DNA of 64,000 nt, taken from sequence record DRR378314_1434; one strand, written 5' to 3'. The notes under the pieces were generated by a model. The model did no database searches and was not told the DNA's origin. It worked only from the letters and a program-made list of their open reading frames with translations. This document shows, in pieces, positions 46,042 to 56,742 of the stretch. The translations under genes were made by a program, and so were the position numbers. The stretch's first letter is position 1. Each line of letters begins with the position of its first letter.

Positions 46042-47916
46042 ATGACAGAGACAAAGCATGAGTTTCAGGCGGAAGTCGCCAAGCTACTGCATATCGTAAC
46101 CCATTCCCTTTACAGTGAGTCCGAGATTTTTCTCAGGGAGCTGGTGTCGAACGCCTCTGATGCATGTGATCGATTGAGATACGAGGCTCTGACAAATCCG
46201 TCCCTCATTGAAGGGGATACAGATTTCCAGGTGCGTCTCACCTTGGATAAGGACGCCAAAACACTGACGATTTCCGACAACGGTATTGGGATGACCGAAC
46301 AGGATATGGTTGAGAATTTGGGAACCATTGCCCGGTCGGGAACATCCAATTTTATCAATCAGTTAAGCAGTGACTCGGCAAAAGATGTCAGTGTAATCGG
46401 GCAGTTCGGTGTAGGCTTCTATTCTTCTTTTATGGTTGCCGACAAAGTTGAAGTTGTCAGCTTAAAAGCAGGTGAAGACACAGCTCATAAATGGGTGTCC
46501 GATGGAACAGGCTCCTACACAATTTCCGAAGGCGATCGGCAAGGGCGCGGGACGACAATTACCCTTCATATCAAGGACAGCGCAAGCGAATATCTGGAAG
46601 ATGCACGGCTTCGAACCATCATTAAGATGTATGCGGATCATATTGCCCTGCCAGTGGTCTTAACGGCGTCTGAAGAGGGTCAGGATGATGAGACACTGAA
46701 CACGGCCAGTGCGCTTTGGACGCGGCCAAAATCAGAAATCACTGACGAGCAATATACAGAATTTTACCATCATGTGGGTCAGGCTTTTGATGCCCCCTGG
46801 GCAACAATGCACAGCAAGGTTGAAGGGATTCTGGAGTATAGCCTGTTGTTATTCATTCCTGAACAGCAGCCATTTGATCTGTTCAACCCAGACCGGAAAT
46901 CCGCGCTAAAACTCTATGTAAAGCGGGTTTTTATTACAGATGATTGTGAAGAACTGGTGCCGGCCTACCTGCGATTTGTCAAAGGTGTGGTGGACTCAGA
47001 AGATCTGCCTTTGAATGTCAGCCGGGAAATGCTGCAGAACAATCCGGTTCTTCGGAAAATCAAATCCGGTATTGTCAAAAAAGTTCTGGGCGAACTTGAA
47101 AAGCGATCCAAAAAGGACGTGGAAGGTTTCCATAAATTCTGGGATAATTTCGGGGCGGTCCTGAAAGAGGGCATTTACGAAGATTTCGAAAATAGCGACC
47201 AACTTCTAAAATTATCTGTGTTTCACAGCACCCATTCGGATGGGTACACGTCGCTTGAGGAATATGTCGAGCGGATGCCTGATGACCAGGAATGCATTTA
47301 CTATATTACCGGGGACAATCTGGAGGCGATCCGGCGAAGCCCGCAATTGGAAGGGTTCAAGGCAAAAGGAATTGAAGTCCTGCTGCTAAGTGACCCTGTT
47401 GATAATTTCTGGCTTGGCCGTCAATCAGCGTTCATGGAAAAAACTTTCAAGTCGGTAACCCAGGGATCTGCGGATCTGGATAAGGTCAAAGGCAAGGAAG
47501 AGGATAAGCCCGAGGATGAGGACAAAGCTGATCAGCCGCAACTGGATCTGTTGATTGGTGCTTTTCGCGGCGCCTTGAAAGATAAGGTCAAGGATATCCG
47601 AATCTCCAAGCGGCTGACAGACAGCCCTGTTTGCCTGGTGGCTGACGATGGGGATATGGATATTCACCTTGAGAAAATGCTGAAAGCCCATAAGCAATTG
47701 GGCGGAATGACCTCCCAGCGAATTTTGGAAATCAATCCCAAGCATGATCTTGTGAAGAAATTGATGGCAAAGGCTGAGGAAAAAGAGACAACGGATCTTT
47801 TGAACGATGCCGCATTTTTGCTTTTGGATCAGGCGTTTATTGTTGAGGGGGAGCAGCCGGAAGACCCGGTCGCCTTCTCAAGGAGGATGGCAAGTTTTAT
47901 GGCGCATGGCCTTTAA
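46042..47916 (+). CDS. htpG: Molecular chaperone HtpG (Hsp90)
   Basis: FQAEV, HSLYS, FLRELVSNASDA, DNGIGM, NLGTIARSGT, IGQFGVGFYS, LPLNVSREMLQ and ILEINPKH. Confidence 0.97.
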   Translation: MTETKHEFQAEVAKLLHIVTHSLYSESEIFLRELVSNASDACDRLRYEALTNPSLIEGDTDFQVRLTLDKDAKTLTISDNGIGMTEQDMVENLGTIARSGTSNFINQLSSDSAKDVSVIGQFGVGFYSSFMVADKVEVVSLKAGEDTAHKWVSDGTGSYTISEGDRQGRGTTITLHIKDSASEYLEDARLRTIIKMYADHIALPVVLTASEEGQDDETLNTASALWTRPKSEITDEQYTEFYHHVGQAFDAPWATMHSKVEGILEYSLLLFIPEQQPFDLFNPDRKSALKLYVKRVFITDDCEELVPAYLRFVKGVVDSEDLPLNVSREMLQNNPVLRKIKSGIVKKVLGELEKRSKKDVEGFHKFWDNFGAVLKEGIYEDFENSDQLLKLSVFHSTHSDGYTSLEEYVERMPDDQECIYYITGDNLEAIRRSPQLEGFKAKGIEVLLLSDPVDNFWLGRQSAFMEKTFKSVTQGSADLDKVKGKEEDKPEDEDKADQPQLDLLIGAFRGALKDKVKDIRISKRLTDSPVCLVADDGDMDIHLEKMLKAHKQLGGMTSQRILEINPKHDLVKKLMAKAEEKETTDLLNDAAFLLLDQAFIVEGEQPEDPVAFSRRMASFMAHGL

Positions 47917-47941
47917 CGGACGATCCTGATTTTCTCAGAAT

Positions 47942-47973
47942 AGGGGTGGCAGCAATGTCACCCCTTTCTTTTT
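47942..47973 (+). terminator. Intrinsic terminator of htpG
   Basis: aggggtggca-gcaa-tgtcacccct-ttcttttt. Confidence 0.85.
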
Positions 47974-48034
47974 GACACAAAATGACGACCGGGCCGTCTT
48001 GTCTGTATTCATGACTACACAAGACAGGTCAATC

Positions 48035-49102
48035 ATGCGGAAATATTTTTTTATAGGAATTCTGGCTGCCCCGCTCCTGTTGACGGTGTCTGCCTGCGGG
48101 CATCAAATCGCACCGGAGCTCAAGCAGAAAAGTGCTGAATTCTCACAAAGCGTCAATGTTGTTCGGACGGCTGTCTTTTCCGCGTTTGAGTTGGCCGAAA
48201 CGGCTAATCGGTTAGCCCAACAGTCAAATCTTAATCTGCAATATGATCTGGGTGCACGTCCGCCGGTCGATTTCAAACCGCTTTTTACCCACGCGGACCT
48301 GCAGGCCCGGCAATCGGTGCTGGATAGCCTTTCCCTTTACGCGCTGAGATTAAGCAGAGCCTTTGGCGTTGAGGCGGGGCAGACGGCTCTTCCCGATATA
48401 CTCAATCCGCAGTCCCTCGCCGATCTGGATTTTAAAGCGTTCGATACAAATAACCTGCTCAGCAATGAAGGGATTTCCACATTGAAGGCGGGTGCCGAAG
48501 AAGTATCCAGATTTTTGACAAGCTCCAAAAGCGAAGAAGAAATGGCGGGTCTGGTTCGGCGAATGCAGCCGGCGATAGAGAGACTGAGTTTTCTGCTTTA
48601 TTTGGATGTCGGGTTTCTGGGAGAGGGAATAGTTGCCTGCGGCGGGACATCAATATCCCTGACGCCACCGGTTGATGTGGCCACCTTACCCGACTGCCGG
48701 GGCGGACTTCGGCCAGTGCTGCAGGATGCCTTATCAGAGACAGCCACCATCTGGCGGCAACGCTTAAGCCTGTCGAGCCCGAAAGAATTACAAATGGCGA
48801 AAGGGCGGTCATTCCTGCTGGACCAGATTTATGGGATCGAGACGGCGAAAACAGCGATTGATGGGAAACTTATGCGATTGCAAAAAGCAATATTGATGAT
48901 TGCCCGACTGCATAAAGCCATAGCCCAGTCATTTCAAAAGGGTTCTGGCGAAGGATCACCCGCTCCGTTTTTGCGGTCTATGCCTGAACCGGTAGGCAGT
49001 GAGCATCTCTCATCGTTGCTTGCCCAACTGAATACAGATCTAAGGCTTCAAACCAATTCCCTACTGACCTTATCGAAGGATCGTCAACATGCGCCTCAGT
49101 GA
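48035..49102 (+). CDS. Hypothetical lipoprotein, predominantly helical
   Basis: MRKYFFIGILAAPLLLTVSA|C lipobox; no recognisable enzyme motif. Confidence 0.7.
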   Translation: MRKYFFIGILAAPLLLTVSACGHQIAPELKQKSAEFSQSVNVVRTAVFSAFELAETANRLAQQSNLNLQYDLGARPPVDFKPLFTHADLQARQSVLDSLSLYALRLSRAFGVEAGQTALPDILNPQSLADLDFKAFDTNNLLSNEGISTLKAGAEEVSRFLTSSKSEEEMAGLVRRMQPAIERLSFLLYLDVGFLGEGIVACGGTSISLTPPVDVATLPDCRGGLRPVLQDALSETATIWRQRLSLSSPKELQMAKGRSFLLDQIYGIETAKTAIDGKLMRLQKAILMIARLHKAIAQSFQKGSGEGSPAPFLRSMPEPVGSEHLSSLLAQLNTDLRLQTNSLLTLSKDRQHAPQ

Positions 49103-49409
49103 TATGACCGATTATGAGAAACTGCATTATGCACAGCAACTTCTGGATCATCAGGACCTAAGTGCACTGACGCGGGCAATGCAGGTTGAGCTGTTGACAG
49201 CCCGCCAACTCATTTATGGGCAGCTGCAGTCGTTGAACACCGCTTCTATTCAGAAGCGGACGGCTGAATTTGTTAAAGTCCGGTCCAAACTTGAAGAGAG
49301 CCGCGCGACCTTTGAGAAACTGGATGAATGGGCCAAATCCAGAGCGGCGACCAGCAACACCCTGGAGAATCTTGCCAAAGGTGTTGCGGCAGTTCTGGCT
49401 CTGTTGTAG
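49089..49409 (+). CDS. Hypothetical small helical protein
   Basis: AAGGA RBS; overlaps the lipoprotein stop by 14 nt; coiled-coil-like with a hydrophobic C-terminus (VAAVLALL). Confidence 0.65.
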   Translation: MRLSDMTDYEKLHYAQQLLDHQDLSALTRAMQVELLTARQLIYGQLQSLNTASIQKRTAEFVKVRSKLEESRATFEKLDEWAKSRAATSNTLENLAKGVAAVLALL

Positions 49410-49442
49410 CCGGCAGGGGCGACCAACCTTTCAAACTGTAGA

Positions 49443-50267
49443 TCAGGATTTTTTATGATCCGGATCCATCATTGGATCGATGGCCCGCCGCGTCAGGCTG
49501 TAATCTGCCTCTGCCGGGATGTTGAGAAATTTGCCTGAATCCGTCACTTCCAATTCTGGCAGGACCGTGACTGTTTTTGTTTCTTTAGAGCCTGAAATCG
49601 CTTGTTCAGCAGAGCTGTAGCGGGACAAATATTCAATATTCATCATGGTTGGGAAGATAATGGTATATTTTCCCGACTTTGCCCCCGCGATGGCTTCATT
49701 GGGTCCAATCCAGACGCTATCAACCGATTCTTCCCCGTCATGAAAGGCCAGTTGTTCCTCTGGCGCTTCGGCGATAAAGAAATGGGTGTCGAAACGCTTG
49801 GGCATAAAGCTTGGCGTCACCCAATGGGAATAATGGGCCAAGTGATCCGTTGCCAGTTCCAGATCTTCTGCATCTGCCATTTTTAGGATATCGATGTCGC
49901 CAGCTTGCATATCTTTTCGATATTTTTCCGTGAGCGCATCTACTTTAGCCGGGTCAATCATACGTCCGGTTTTCCGATCCCGGGCGAGCAGCACATGGCA
50001 TTCTTCGAAGGCCTCGCGAATAGAGGCAATTTTAAAAGAAAGGAGCGGGTCTTCCAGGTCCTGAGAGCTTGGCAGGTGGTCCTGAAGTTCTTTTTTCAGG
50101 TCGGCTTTATCAACTTTGCCGCCCGGGAACACAAGGGCACCGGAGGCAAAATCTATCTGGTGATGCCTGACGACCATGAAGACTTCAAGTTTATCATTGT
50201 GTTTTTCGCAATCGCGAACCAACAGCACTGTTGCGGCTGGTAAGAGAGGAGCCGTTTCCTTGGACAT
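49443..50267 (-). CDS. NUDIX hydrolase (Nudt19-like, split Nudix box)
   Basis: PAATVLLVRD, VFPGGKVD...IREAFEEC, HWVTP....RFDTHFF and IFPT. Confidence 0.85.
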   Translation of the reverse strand: MSKETAPLLPAATVLLVRDCEKHNDKLEVFMVVRHHQIDFASGALVFPGGKVDKADLKKELQDHLPSSQDLEDPLLSFKIASIREAFEECHVLLARDRKTGRMIDPAKVDALTEKYRKDMQAGDIDILKMADAEDLELATDHLAHYSHWVTPSFMPKRFDTHFFIAEAPEEQLAFHDGEESVDSVWIGPNEAIAGAKSGKYTIIFPTMMNIEYLSRYSSAEQAISGSKETKTVTVLPELEVTDSGKFLNIPAEADYSLTRRAIDPMMDPDHKKS

Positions 50268-50363
50268 TCCGCTTTTTCCTTTTTTTATTTTCTGCCCACC
50301 TTTATAGCTTGAGCCTGGTTTGCCAGGCAAGCTATCAGAAAATAAACGGCGTTATTGAGCGCC

Positions 50364-51089
50364 TTAGAGCTGGATAAACAGGGCTGCGACGATAGGGCCA
50401 TATCCGTTTTCCTGGACCAGTATGGCACAGCTGTCGCGTCCTTTGTTGCGCAGGGCATCCAAGGATAGCCGCAAGGTTTTCGGTTGTCCGTTCCACTCTG
50501 CAAGAGTTTCCAGTTGGCGAACAACATTGTGATAAGTGATCGTTCGGCCAGTATTTTCGCCTCTGCCAATATTGACCTCTTTTGCGGTATTTAGATCTGC
50601 CTGCCAGATGGTGGCGGGCTTCCGCCAATCGGGCAGTGCAATTTCCAGGACATCGTCCGTCACAGTCCAGTTAAGAGGGAGTTGCCGCGCATGATCTTTA
50701 TATTCGGCAAGGAAATGGGATAACCGATCCGCACTGGAGCCAACGAAATGATCCTTACCGCCGACAATCATTTGCGGTGTATAGACGTAACTTGTGCGCA
50801 GTTGGTTGCGATATTCTGCCTGCCGGGCGTCATTCTGACGGGAGCCGAATGTATCTTTCCAGCCAATATAATCCCAGTATGTCACGGCGAAGGAAAGGCC
50901 CAGAACGTGAGTTTGCTCTGCGGTTTTGACGATGTCGCCCATTAATGCATCTGCCGGAGGACAGGAGGAGCAGCCCTGCGACGTATAGAGTTCAACGACT
51001 GTGTCCATCTGCTGAATTTCTGTCGCTTGTGTTGTCAGGCTGATAAGGCAGAGGCCGATAGCAGTGGCTAGGGTTGCAAGATTTTTCAT
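50364..51089 (-). CDS. DUF1223 family thioredoxin-like secreted protein
   Basis: VVELYTSQGCSSCPPAD, YWDYIGWKDTF, VYTPQMIV and GENTGRTITYHNVV. Confidence 0.9.
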   Translation of the reverse strand: MKNLATLATAIGLCLISLTTQATEIQQMDTVVELYTSQGCSSCPPADALMGDIVKTAEQTHVLGLSFAVTYWDYIGWKDTFGSRQNDARQAEYRNQLRTSYVYTPQMIVGGKDHFVGSSADRLSHFLAEYKDHARQLPLNWTVTDDVLEIALPDWRKPATIWQADLNTAKEVNIGRGENTGRTITYHNVVRQLETLAEWNGQPKTLRLSLDALRNKGRDSCAILVQENGYGPIVAALFIQL

Positions 51090-51142
51090 GTCTTGAAGGT
51101 TAGCTAGAATGCGGTTCACATGCAATTCAAGCTTAGTTGAAC

Positions 51143-51173
51143 AAAAAAACGGCGACCAAAAGGCCGCCGTTTT
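51143..51173 (-). terminator. Intrinsic terminator of acnA
   Basis: Minus strand reads aaaacggcggcc-tttt-ggtcgccgttttttt. Confidence 0.85.
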
Positions 51174-51197
51174 CGATTTGATTTCAATGACCGCTTA

Positions 51198-53891
51198 TCA
51201 GGAAGCCGCCAATTTTCTTAAAACATACTGCAGGATACCTTCGTGGCGGTAATATTCCACTTCATCCAGGGTATCAATTCGGCACAGCAGGTTGACGGCT
51301 TCAGTGCTGCCATCGGTCCGTGTGATGGTGCAAGGAACAGTCATGCGCGGTGTAATGCCATCTTTGACGCCAGTGATACTGACAGTCTCCGTGCCATCCA
51401 GACCCAACGTTTTGCGGTTTACGCCGTCTGGGAACTGAAGGGGCAGAATACCCATGCCGACAAGGTTGGAGCGATGGATCCGCTCAAAGCTTTCCGCAAC
51501 TACGGCTTTGATACCGAGAAGACGGGTGCCTTTTGCCGCCCAGTCACGGCTGGAGCCGGTTCCGTATTCCTTACCGGCGAAAACAACAAGTGGGACACCA
51601 TCTTTTTGGTACTGCATGGAGGCATCATAGATCCATTGCTGCGTTCCATCCGGCATGTGTTTCGTCACACCTCCTTCGGTGCCAGGAGCCACTTCGTTTT
51701 TGAGGCGGATATTGGCAAATGTGCCGCGCATCATGACTTGGTGGTTACCACGGCGAGAACCGTAAGAGTTGTAGTCTTTAACAGCAACCTGGTGGTCGTT
51801 CAGATATTCGCCTGCAGGGCTATCAGCTTTAATCGCACCTGCGGGAGAGATATGGTCGGTTGTGACCGAGTCTGCCAATAACGCCAAAACGCGGGCATCT
51901 TCTATATCGCTGAAGCCACCAGCTTCCTTGTTCATGCCTTCAAAATACGGCGGATGCTGAACATAGGTCGACGTGGAATCCCATGAGTAAGTCTGGCCTT
52001 CTGCCGTCTGAATGCTCTGCCAGGCTTGGTCGCCGGCAAAAACGTCAGCATATTGGGTCACAAACATATCCCGGGTCAGAGCAGATCGAACGGTATCTTT
52101 GATTTCCTGGTTTGTTGGCCAGATGTCTTTCAGATACACAGGGTTTCCGCTTTGATCCTCACCAATAGCGTCCTTGGTGATGTCGATATTCAGGGAGCCG
52201 GCGATCGCATAGGCAACAACCAGTGGCGGTGATGCCAGAAAGTTGGCTTTTGCCTGCGGGCTAACCCGACCTTCAAAGTTTCGGTTACCAGACAGAACGG
52301 AACAGGCGACCAAATCACCTTCCGCAATAGCATCAGCGATTGGTTCAGCAACCGGACCGGAGTTTCCGATACAGGTTGTACACCCGTAACCAACCAAGTT
52401 AAAGCCAAGCGCATCCAGGTCATCCTGAAGTCCGGCTTTTACCAGATAATCTGTCACAACCTTGGAGCCCGGTGCCAGGGATGTTTTTACCCAAGGCTTC
52501 ACGGTCAGGCCTTTTGCCATCGCATTTCGGGCAACCAGACCAGCCGCCAGCATTACGCTTGGGTTGGATGTATTGGTGCAGGAAGTGATTGCAGCAATAA
52601 TAACATCACCGCTTCCAATGCTGTAGTCGGTTCCAGATACTGGAACTTTCTTTTCAATGCCGTCATTGTTGCCAGCAAGCGTTGGCAGAGCATTTGCAAA
52701 TTCGGTCGTGGCTTCTGAGAGCAGAACCCGATCCTGTGGCCGTTTTGGACCTGCGAGGCTGGGTTCAACCGTAGAGACATCCAAAGACAGGGTTGTTGTA
52801 AACTCTGGATCTGGTGTGTTGGAGTCGCGCCACATGCCTTGCGCTTTTGCATATGCTTCTACCAGCTTGACCCGTTCTGGATCACGGGCTGTGAAGTTCA
52901 GGAAGTCGATGGTTTCCTGATCAATCGGGAAGAAACCACAAGTTGCACCATATTCCGGAGCCATGTTGGAGATAGTTGCCCGATCTGCCAGAGATAGCTC
53001 ATCCAGGCCAGGGCCGTAGAATTCTACGAATTTACCAACCACACCTTCTGCACGAAGCATCTGGGTGACGGTTAGAACCAGGTCGGTTGGTGTTGTGCCT
53101 TCCTTCATTTTGCCTTCCAGCTTGAAGCCGACGACTTCTGGCAACAACATGGAGATTGGCTGACCCAGCATCACTGCCTCGGCCTCAATACCACCAACAC
53201 CCCAGCCAAGTACGGCCATGCCGTTCACCATGGTGGTGTGACTGTCGGTTCCAACAAGGGTATCCGGATAGGCAACTTCTACACCGTTCTGGTCTTTAGT
53301 CGTCCAGACGGTCTGTGCTAGATATTCCAGATTTACCTGGTGGCAGATACCTGTTCCAGGCGGAACAACACGGAAGTTATTAAAGGCTTTTTGTCCCCAG
53401 CGCAGGAAGGCATAGCGTTCGCCATTGCGTTCCATTTCCAAGTCCACATTCTGTTTGAAAGCAGCTTGGGTTCCTGATTTGTCAACCATTACAGAATGGT
53501 CAATCACAAGATCACACTGGGCCAGTGGATTAATTTTTTCTGGATCGCCGCCAAGATTGACCATGGCATCACGCATCGCGGCAAGATCAACCACAGCTGG
53601 AACGCCGGTGAAGTCCTGCATCAAAACGCGGGCTGGGCGGTAAGCGATTTCCCGATCGGCTTTTCTGGCTTGCAACCAGCCAGCAAGGGCAGTGACGTCA
53701 TCAGATGTCACTGTCCGGCCATCTTCATGGCGCAGCAGGTTTTCAAGCAGCACTTTCAAGGAGAACGGAAGGCGAGAAACATCTCCCAATCCGGCTTCTT
53801 CAGCTGCGGGAATGCTATAATAATCGTATTTATTTCCGTCGATCTCTAAAGTGCGACGAATTTTGAGGCTGTCGTGACCTGTTGTTGTCAA
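51198..53891 (-). CDS. acnA: Aconitate hydratase AcnA
   Basis: [63 protein letters not shown] and [13 protein letters not shown] start with a GGAG RBS. Confidence 0.97.
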   Translation of the reverse strand: MTTTGHDSLKIRRTLEIDGNKYDYYSIPAAEEAGLGDVSRLPFSLKVLLENLLRHEDGRTVTSDDVTALAGWLQARKADREIAYRPARVLMQDFTGVPAVVDLAAMRDAMVNLGGDPEKINPLAQCDLVIDHSVMVDKSGTQAAFKQNVDLEMERNGERYAFLRWGQKAFNNFRVVPPGTGICHQVNLEYLAQTVWTTKDQNGVEVAYPDTLVGTDSHTTMVNGMAVLGWGVGGIEAEAVMLGQPISMLLPEVVGFKLEGKMKEGTTPTDLVLTVTQMLRAEGVVGKFVEFYGPGLDELSLADRATISNMAPEYGATCGFFPIDQETIDFLNFTARDPERVKLVEAYAKAQGMWRDSNTPDPEFTTTLSLDVSTVEPSLAGPKRPQDRVLLSEATTEFANALPTLAGNNDGIEKKVPVSGTDYSIGSGDVIIAAITSCTNTSNPSVMLAAGLVARNAMAKGLTVKPWVKTSLAPGSKVVTDYLVKAGLQDDLDALGFNLVGYGCTTCIGNSGPVAEPIADAIAEGDLVACSVLSGNRNFEGRVSPQAKANFLASPPLVVAYAIAGSLNIDITKDAIGEDQSGNPVYLKDIWPTNQEIKDTVRSALTRDMFVTQYADVFAGDQAWQSIQTAEGQTYSWDSTSTYVQHPPYFEGMNKEAGGFSDIEDARVLALLADSVTTDHISPAGAIKADSPAGEYLNDHQVAVKDYNSYGSRRGNHQVMMRGTFANIRLKNEVAPGTEGGVTKHMPDGTQQWIYDASMQYQKDGVPLVVFAGKEYGTGSSRDWAAKGTRLLGIKAVVAESFERIHRSNLVGMGILPLQFPDGVNRKTLGLDGTETVSITGVKDGITPRMTVPCTITRTDGSTEAVNLLCRIDTLDEVEYYRHEGILQYVLRKLAAS

Positions 53892-54527
53892 CGCTTCGCT
53901 CCTTGCTCAGTGTGGGAACGGGAAGATACCTGAGTGTCAGGGTATCAGTGTTTTTGTCGGCCCGTATTTGCCCTAATTTTCACATTTACTCAAGAGCTAA
54001 CGTGAAAAAGTTAAGAAATATGCCAGTTAATTATTGTTCTATTGCTCAAAATCAAACCAGAACAGATAAAATCTTCTAAACTGCCAGTATAAACTTACAC
54101 CGGTTTTCTGGCCGTTGTCTAACCGAAGAGCGAACGATGAGTGATCAAAAAAAGATTCGCCCTCATTTTCGACTTTGAAGGATGAAGTTTCGGGAAACTG
54201 CTGGACTGGGGTAAAATTACGATTGTTTCAACGAAGTAGTTAATGAGCGCAACTAAAGAAACGTTTTGTTTGTTTTATTATAATTAATTTTATCGATCAT
54301 AATTTTAAATATAATTAAGTAAAATTGAGAATAGAATATTTAAAATATTATGATTATAAGATAAGTATAAGTGAATTTTACCGCATTTAAATACTATTGT
54401 TACTTGTTTGTTTAATGGACGTTATAAAATTTTATTTTTTACTTACAATACAAATGTTTGTTTTTCTATAATATTTAAGATTTTTCACTTATTGTCTTCT
54501 CGGCGGGCGGAAAAATAGTATTTTCTC

Positions 54528-54556
54528 TTGACCTTTTCTGATATAAGTGATTAATC
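54528..54556 (+). promoter_or_regulatory. Sigma70-like promoter of the acyl-CoA ligase/ABC operon
   Basis: TTGACC-N16-ATTAAT downstream of a very AT-rich tract. Confidence 0.45.
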
Positions 54557-54774
54557 GAAAGCAATCGGCTCATTAAGAAGCCCAATAATAAGATGGCCAT
54601 CCGAAAAGGTCGCGTTTCAGGGAGAGACGTGTAAAGGTTCGAGCTGTGTTAAGTTCGATCGGCATCGCTATTGTGTGGTTCTTTAAGGCTGCCGTTAATC
54701 CCTCATAATGAAAAAATGACTTCGCCGTATCTTTTTTGGCGTCGGTGTAAATTTGTTAGGGATACAGGGAGCCT

Positions 54775-56724
54775 ATGACAAAGACTGAATTTGACACTTT
54801 TCCGAAGCTGATCCGCAGAAACGCAGAAATTCGCCCCACCGTGCCAGCCTACCGTGAGAAAGAATACGGGATTTGGCAGACTTATAACTGGAAAGATGTG
54901 TACGAGAATTCTCGGGCTCTCGGTCTGGGTTTGGTGGAACTGGGTATCAAGCGGGGGGATGCAGTTGCCATTATTGGTTCTAACCGTCCTCAGCTATATT
55001 GGGTTTTCGCGGCAACACAAGCCGTCGGCGCGCTGCCTGTCCCGCTTTATCAGGACGGGGTAGCTGACGAGATTCAATATGTGTTGGCTCATGCAGAAGT
55101 AAAAGTTGTGGTCGTTGAAGATCAGGAGCAGGTCGATAAAGTCCTTTCCGTTATGGATCAATGTCCAACGATCAAGACTATTATATATAAAGAGCCGCGA
55201 GGTATGCGGCATTATAAGCAAGACTTTATCAAGTCTTATACTGAGGTTCAGGATCTGGGCCGGGCTTATGATGCAAAAAACCCTACCTTTTATGATGCGG
55301 AGTCAGTCAAGGCAAAGCCGGATGATATCGCAACTTTGATGTATACCTCGGGTACGACTGGGCGTCCAAAAGGCGTGATGCTGAGCTTTAGTAATATGGT
55401 GAGTGCGGGCCGTTTGTCCGTGGAGTTCGAAAATCTGACAGAGAAAGATAAGGTCTTGTCCTATCTGCCGATGGCATGGGTCGGGGACCATTTATTCTCT
55501 TACTCTCAGGCAGCGACGGCAGGCTTTTCCGTAAATTGCCCTGAGAATGCGGAGACCGTTCTGACAGATTTGCGGGAAATTGGGCCGACCTATTATTTTG
55601 CCCCGCCAGCCATTTTTGAAAATATGCTGACCCAAATGATGATCCGCATTGAAGATGCCAGTGCGATCAAGCAGAAGCTTTTCCATTATTTTATTGGTGT
55701 AGCCAAACGCTGCGGCGTTGAGATTATGGAAGGTAAGCCCGTTTCATTGAAAGACAGGCTGCTTTACACACTCGGTTATTTTCTGATTTACGGCCCACTG
55801 AAAAACACATTGGGCTTCAGTCAGATCCGGGTTGCCTATACAGCTGGTGCGCCCATGGGACCGGAAGTGTTCAAATTTTACCGGTCACTTGGGGTAAATT
55901 TGAAACAGCTATATGGGCAGACCGAGTCTTGTGCTTACGTTTGTATCCAAAATGACAAAGACGTTCGCCCGGATACGGTTGGACCCCCCGCACCTGGCTG
56001 CGAAATTATGATTGATGAAGCAAGCGGCGAAGTCCTCTATAAAAGCCCGGGTGCTTTTGTCGGTTATTATAAGAATGATGAGGCAACCGAGGAGACCAAA
56101 ACTCCTGAAGGTTGGGTGCATACCGGTGATGCTGGCATCATGACAGATGACGGTCAGTTGAAAGTGATCGATCGGGCCAAGGATGTGGGTAAGCTGAATG
56201 ACGGCACCTTGTTCGCACCGCAGTATATCGAGAATAAACTCAAGTTTTTCCCGTTTATTTCAGAGGCGGTTTGTCATGGTTCGGGTCGGGATACGGTAAC
56301 AGCATTCATTAATATCGATCTGGAGGCGGTGGGTAACTGGGCTGAGCGACGTGGTATTTCCTATGCCAGTTATCAGGACCTTGCCAACCATGATGATGTT
56401 TATGCCCAAATCAAGGAGTGCGTGGAACAGGTCAACCAGGATCTTGCTGTTGATAGTGAGCTTGCTGGTGCTCAAATCACGCGATTCCTGGTTCTGCCCA
56501 AAGCATTGGATGCGGATGATGGCGAATTGACACGGACACGAAAAGTGCGTCGCCGGATTATTGCAGAACGGTATGAGCCTCTCATTTCCGCCCTTTTCAG
56601 TGACACAAAAGTGGCAGATATTGAATCCGAAATGACGTTTGAGGATGGCCGAAAAGGCAAGCTTAAAGCCTCCGTTAAAGTGATGGATTCAACAACATAC
56701 CCGGCAATGAAAGCCGCATCATAA
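54775..56724 (+). CDS. Long-chain fatty-acid--CoA ligase-like AMP-binding enzyme
   Basis: YTSGTTGRPKG, YGQTE, GWVHTGDAG, IDRAKD and GELTRTRKVRR. Confidence 0.9.
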   Translation: MTKTEFDTFPKLIRRNAEIRPTVPAYREKEYGIWQTYNWKDVYENSRALGLGLVELGIKRGDAVAIIGSNRPQLYWVFAATQAVGALPVPLYQDGVADEIQYVLAHAEVKVVVVEDQEQVDKVLSVMDQCPTIKTIIYKEPRGMRHYKQDFIKSYTEVQDLGRAYDAKNPTFYDAESVKAKPDDIATLMYTSGTTGRPKGVMLSFSNMVSAGRLSVEFENLTEKDKVLSYLPMAWVGDHLFSYSQAATAGFSVNCPENAETVLTDLREIGPTYYFAPPAIFENMLTQMMIRIEDASAIKQKLFHYFIGVAKRCGVEIMEGKPVSLKDRLLYTLGYFLIYGPLKNTLGFSQIRVAYTAGAPMGPEVFKFYRSLGVNLKQLYGQTESCAYVCIQNDKDVRPDTVGPPAPGCEIMIDEASGEVLYKSPGAFVGYYKNDEATEETKTPEGWVHTGDAGIMTDDGQLKVIDRAKDVGKLNDGTLFAPQYIENKLKFFPFISEAVCHGSGRDTVTAFINIDLEAVGNWAERRGISYASYQDLANHDDVYAQIKECVEQVNQDLAVDSELAGAQITRFLVLPKALDADDGELTRTRKVRRRIIAERYEPLISALFSDTKVADIESEMTFEDGRKGKLKASVKVMDSTTYPAMKAAS

Positions 56725-56742
56725 AGCGGGAGCGAGTAGAGT

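Noticed and set aside
54064..54080. Possible Irr/ICE iron box upstream of acnA (TTCTAAA)
   Set aside because: Only one half-site matches TTTAGAA-N3-TTCTAAA.
54137..54214. Tiny ORFs MSDQKKIRPHFRL and MKFRETAGLG in the acnA-ligase spacer
   Set aside because: Weak or badly spaced RBS and no regulatory codon run; expected by chance.
54230..54500. Replication origin in the AT-rich tract
   Set aside because: No cluster of DnaA boxes (TTATCCACA) and no origin-associated genes nearby.
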